Made by a program: the position numbers and the translations under genes. A stretch of 47,633 nucleotides of DNA from an uncultured Erysipelotrichaceae bacterium (GTDB lineage: Bacteria > Bacillota_I > Bacilli_A > RF39 > UBA660), in contig CACZTK010000060.1 in assembly GCA_902784095.1 (NCBI GenBank), positions 1-47,633 on the forward strand, given 5' to 3'. The notes under the pieces were generated by a model. It worked only from the letters and a program-made list of their open reading frames with translations, searched no databases and was not told the DNA's origin. Below, in pieces: positions 45,652-47,633 of this stretch. The stretch's first letter is position 1. Every line of letters begins with the position of its first letter.

Positions 45652-46546
45652 ACTTCGAATATGCCTTCATAACTTCATCTAAAGTTGGTATGGAATATCT
45701 TGTTCCAATTCTTGTTACTGAAATTGCAGATGTTATTGATGATAGAATAATTGATTTTTTCAATTCATTTCCCTGTGCTATAAAATACATAAATGCCCCA
45801 TGAAATATATCACCAGCACCAGTTGAATCAACAGCTTTTACTTTAAGGGTTGGAATTAATTCATATTTTCCGTCAATTACTGTAAAACTTCCTCTATCTT
45901 CTAATGTTATAATTATCACTTGTTTTGTATAAACTGACTTTAACTTTTCATATACATTTACTATTGTATCAAAATTATCATCTATTTTTATCCCAGTACA
46001 TGCCTCTGCAAATTCCTTTGAACATACCAAATAATTAACTATAGTTCCTAAGTTTGCTATTTCCTTTTTACATTTTCCAGCATCAAGTATACTAATTGCC
46101 CTAGGATTCCTTAAAATTACTTCTTTTGCTGTCTCATAGTGTTCACCATCAACTAGAATGTATTCTGCATCAGTTAAATCAATAGGATTTGATAGCGCTG
46201 GGAATTCTTTTGTTTTAGTAGTTAGTATTGTTCTAGAACCATTACTTTCATTGCTGATAATATAACTAGTATCAGTAGAAGCTGACGAATTTTTTTCTAT
46301 ATACTCAGTATTAACTCCTATTATATTTAGTTCTTTTATAATAGCCTGTCCATAATAGTCATTACCTACCATTCCAACAAAAGATACATCTTCTTTCCAT
46401 TTAGCAAGTAAATAAGCAGCATTAGCTGCAGGACCTCCTCCACATTCTACTCTTTTATTAATTCTATGTTTAAAATTTTCTTTTGGAAATTCATTAACTG
46501 GTAAAATAATATCATATGTTGCATGACCAACACATACTATCTTCAC
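45638..46546 (-). CDS. PfkB family carbohydrate kinase (ribokinase-like)
   Basis: It has GGGPAANAAYLLAKW and DSTGAGDIFHGAF. I prefer the GTG at 46546, 6 nt after AAGGTGGTG; the ORF track start at 46558 lies inside that RBS. Confidence 0.8.
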   Translation of the reverse strand: MKIVCVGHATYDIILPVNEFPKENFKHRINKRVECGGGPAANAAYLLAKWKEDVSFVGMVGNDYYGQAIIKELNIIGVNTEYIEKNSSASTDTSYIISNESNGSRTILTTKTKEFPALSNPIDLTDAEYILVDGEHYETAKEVILRNPRAISILDAGKCKKEIANLGTIVNYLVCSKEFAEACTGIKIDDNFDTIVNVYEKLKSVYTKQVIIITLEDRGSFTVIDGKYELIPTLKVKAVDSTGAGDIFHGAFMYFIAQGNELKKSIILSSITSAISVTRIGTRYSIPTLDEVMKAYSKYEVI

Positions 46547-46581
46547 TATAACCACCACCTTACATAAATTATATCAAATTT

Positions 46582-46609
46582 AGAAAGAAAAAGAAACAAT
46601 TGTTTCTTT
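46582..46609 (-). terminator. rho-independent terminator
   Basis: A perfect 20-nt palindrome, AAAGAAACAATTGTTTCTTT (46590-46609), is followed on the - strand by TTCTTTCT. Confidence 0.6.
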
Positions 46610-46611
46610 AA

Positions 46612-46830
46612 CTATATGCCTAAAATCATTCCAAGTATAGAGACAAACAATGGAATTATACTACTAATCATTGTCCATTTTCCTATATCCTTAAGTTGTT
46701 TTCTAGTTATTGTTCTCATATTATTAACTCGCCATAAAAAGAAATAGCTTTTATGATCAGTATATGTATATAATCCAACTAGAAAAATTAAAATACAAAA
46801 AATTAACATTAAAAACGAAAAACCACTCAT
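46612..46830 (-). CDS. small membrane protein (72 aa, two TM helices)
   Basis: Hydrophobic N- and C-terminal helices flank a basic loop. It lies 11 nt downstream of the lipoprotein gene. Confidence 0.6.
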   Translation of the reverse strand: MSGFSFLMLIFCILIFLVGLYTYTDHKSYFFLWRVNNMRTITRKQLKDIGKWTMISSIIPLFVSILGMILGI

Positions 46831-46841
46831 ACAATTACCTA

Positions 46842-47333
46842 TTATCTCTTAATACATTCATATCCATCAGTTGCAAAAGCTTTCTTCATACCCTTAATAT
46901 CAATTTCTCCAACACTATTTACATGTTTCTTTATATAATCAGGATACTTCTTATTAACATCTGAGTTTATTGTCCATTCTTGTTTTGTTGTTACTACAAA
47001 TTTTTCTTGATCACAACTTACATCACCATAAACATATTCCTCATTATATTTATCTTTTTCTTTTTTATAAGCATCACAATATGTATTTACATCTGCTGCA
47101 CTAGAAACTTTAATATATGCGCTATATAAAACTGTTTTTACTTTCCCATCTCCAGTTGTAATAAGTGTATATTCCTTTTCTTCTCCTGTTTGTGCAACAT
47201 TTTTACAAACATATACTGCATCTGCAACCTCATCAACTGCCATATTATCTACAACTGTTTTTGCTTTTTTACCACATCCTGTAATAGATATTACTAGAAT
47301 CATCACAAATAATAAAAATAAATTCTTTTTCAT
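46842..47333 (-). CDS. lipoprotein
   Basis: The ATG at 47333 follows GAGGTG. The lipobox is VISITGC. Confidence 0.75.
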   Translation of the reverse strand: MKKNLFLLFVMILVISITGCGKKAKTVVDNMAVDEVADAVYVCKNVAQTGEEKEYTLITTGDGKVKTVLYSAYIKVSSAADVNTYCDAYKKEKDKYNEEYVYGDVSCDQEKFVVTTKQEWTINSDVNKKYPDYIKKHVNSVGEIDIKGMKKAFATDGYECIKR

Positions 47334-47405
47334 AATCAACACCTCTACCTTCTAATAGTAGTATACCACAATATTAGATAAAAAAATAGAAAAGTTAGAG
47401 TTTTC

Positions 47406-47633
47406 CTATTTTTTTGTTTTAACCATGACTAATGGAACAAGAATTTCATCATCTGATATATCATAGTTTTCTCTCCTTTCCCTCATTTTCTTCCACTCTT
47501 GAATTTCATTATAAACATTCATGTTATATGATTTACCAGAAAAAGTATCCATCTCAATATTGAATTGATAATATGGGAACTCTTCTTCTAACCACATTTG
47601 ATAATATATTTCATCTATTGGATTAGTGAAATC
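47406..47633 (-). CDS. hypothetical protein, 3' part (frame open to the window edge)
   Basis: The reading frame stays open upstream of the listed Met (…DFTNPIDEIYYQMWLEEEF…) to position 47633. The gene may therefore be truncated by the window. Confidence 0.5.
   Translation of the reverse strand, partial: DFTNPIDEIYYQMWLEEEFPYYQFNIEMDTFSGKSYNMNVYNEIQEWKKMRERRENYDISDDEILVPLVMVKTKK

Noticed and set aside
1-47633. An alternative genetic code (UGA read as Trp, as in Mollicutes) was considered because of the very low GC.
   Set aside because: Conserved proteins end at TGA stops at their expected lengths; for example, the relA stop overlaps the dtd start as ATGA. Trp is encoded by TGG throughout, and no conserved protein is interrupted by an in-frame TGA.

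Overview
This is a very AT-rich (about 25-30% GC by eye) Bacillota chromosomal segment. It uses the standard code (TGA is a stop, TGG encodes Trp) and carries about 50 tightly packed genes.

**Layout**
- The left ~34.5 kb is almost entirely on the + strand: rbgA-rnhB, topA, xerC, comN-secDF, relA-dtd, an AI-2E permease, queH, a T-box-controlled hisS-orf-aspS-proS operon, murC, yebC and xerD-deoB. Only a ZIP transporter and rarA are on the - strand.
- The right ~12.5 kb is entirely on the - strand: mnmA, spoIIM, spoIVB, a sipW matrix-protein operon, an Smr protein, a PfkB kinase and a lipoprotein. The only + strand exception is one 28-codon ORF.
- The strand switch falls in the only large non-coding gap (34528-35075). 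That gap holds a 28-bp site matching the Bacillus subtilis dif site at 24/28 positions, so I read the window as spanning the replication terminus.
- Bacillus-like synteny plus spoIIM and spoIVB suggest a spore-forming low-GC Bacilli- or Erysipelotrichia-like lineage. This is inference only.
- I see no rRNA, tRNA, CRISPR array or intact transposase. The only mobile-element trace is a short DUF1016 remnant.

**Best candidates for something new**
1. A strongly promoted two-gene module (40432-43304): a HigB/Gp49-like domain fused to a long N-terminal extension, overlapping a 613-aa helical protein.
2. The adjacent sipW operon with two cognate exported proteins, plus a third orphan substrate 13 kb away.
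3. A dif-adjacent two-gene islet: an XRE-type HTH protein and a protein with a Cys/His core.
4. HisRS carrying an 11-Cys/5-His tail, in a three-synthetase operon whose T-box specifier loop reads GAC/CAC.
5. Two strongly promoted operons of unknown membrane and cytosolic proteins (24675-29319).

All functional calls rest on motif recognition by eye. No searches were run.
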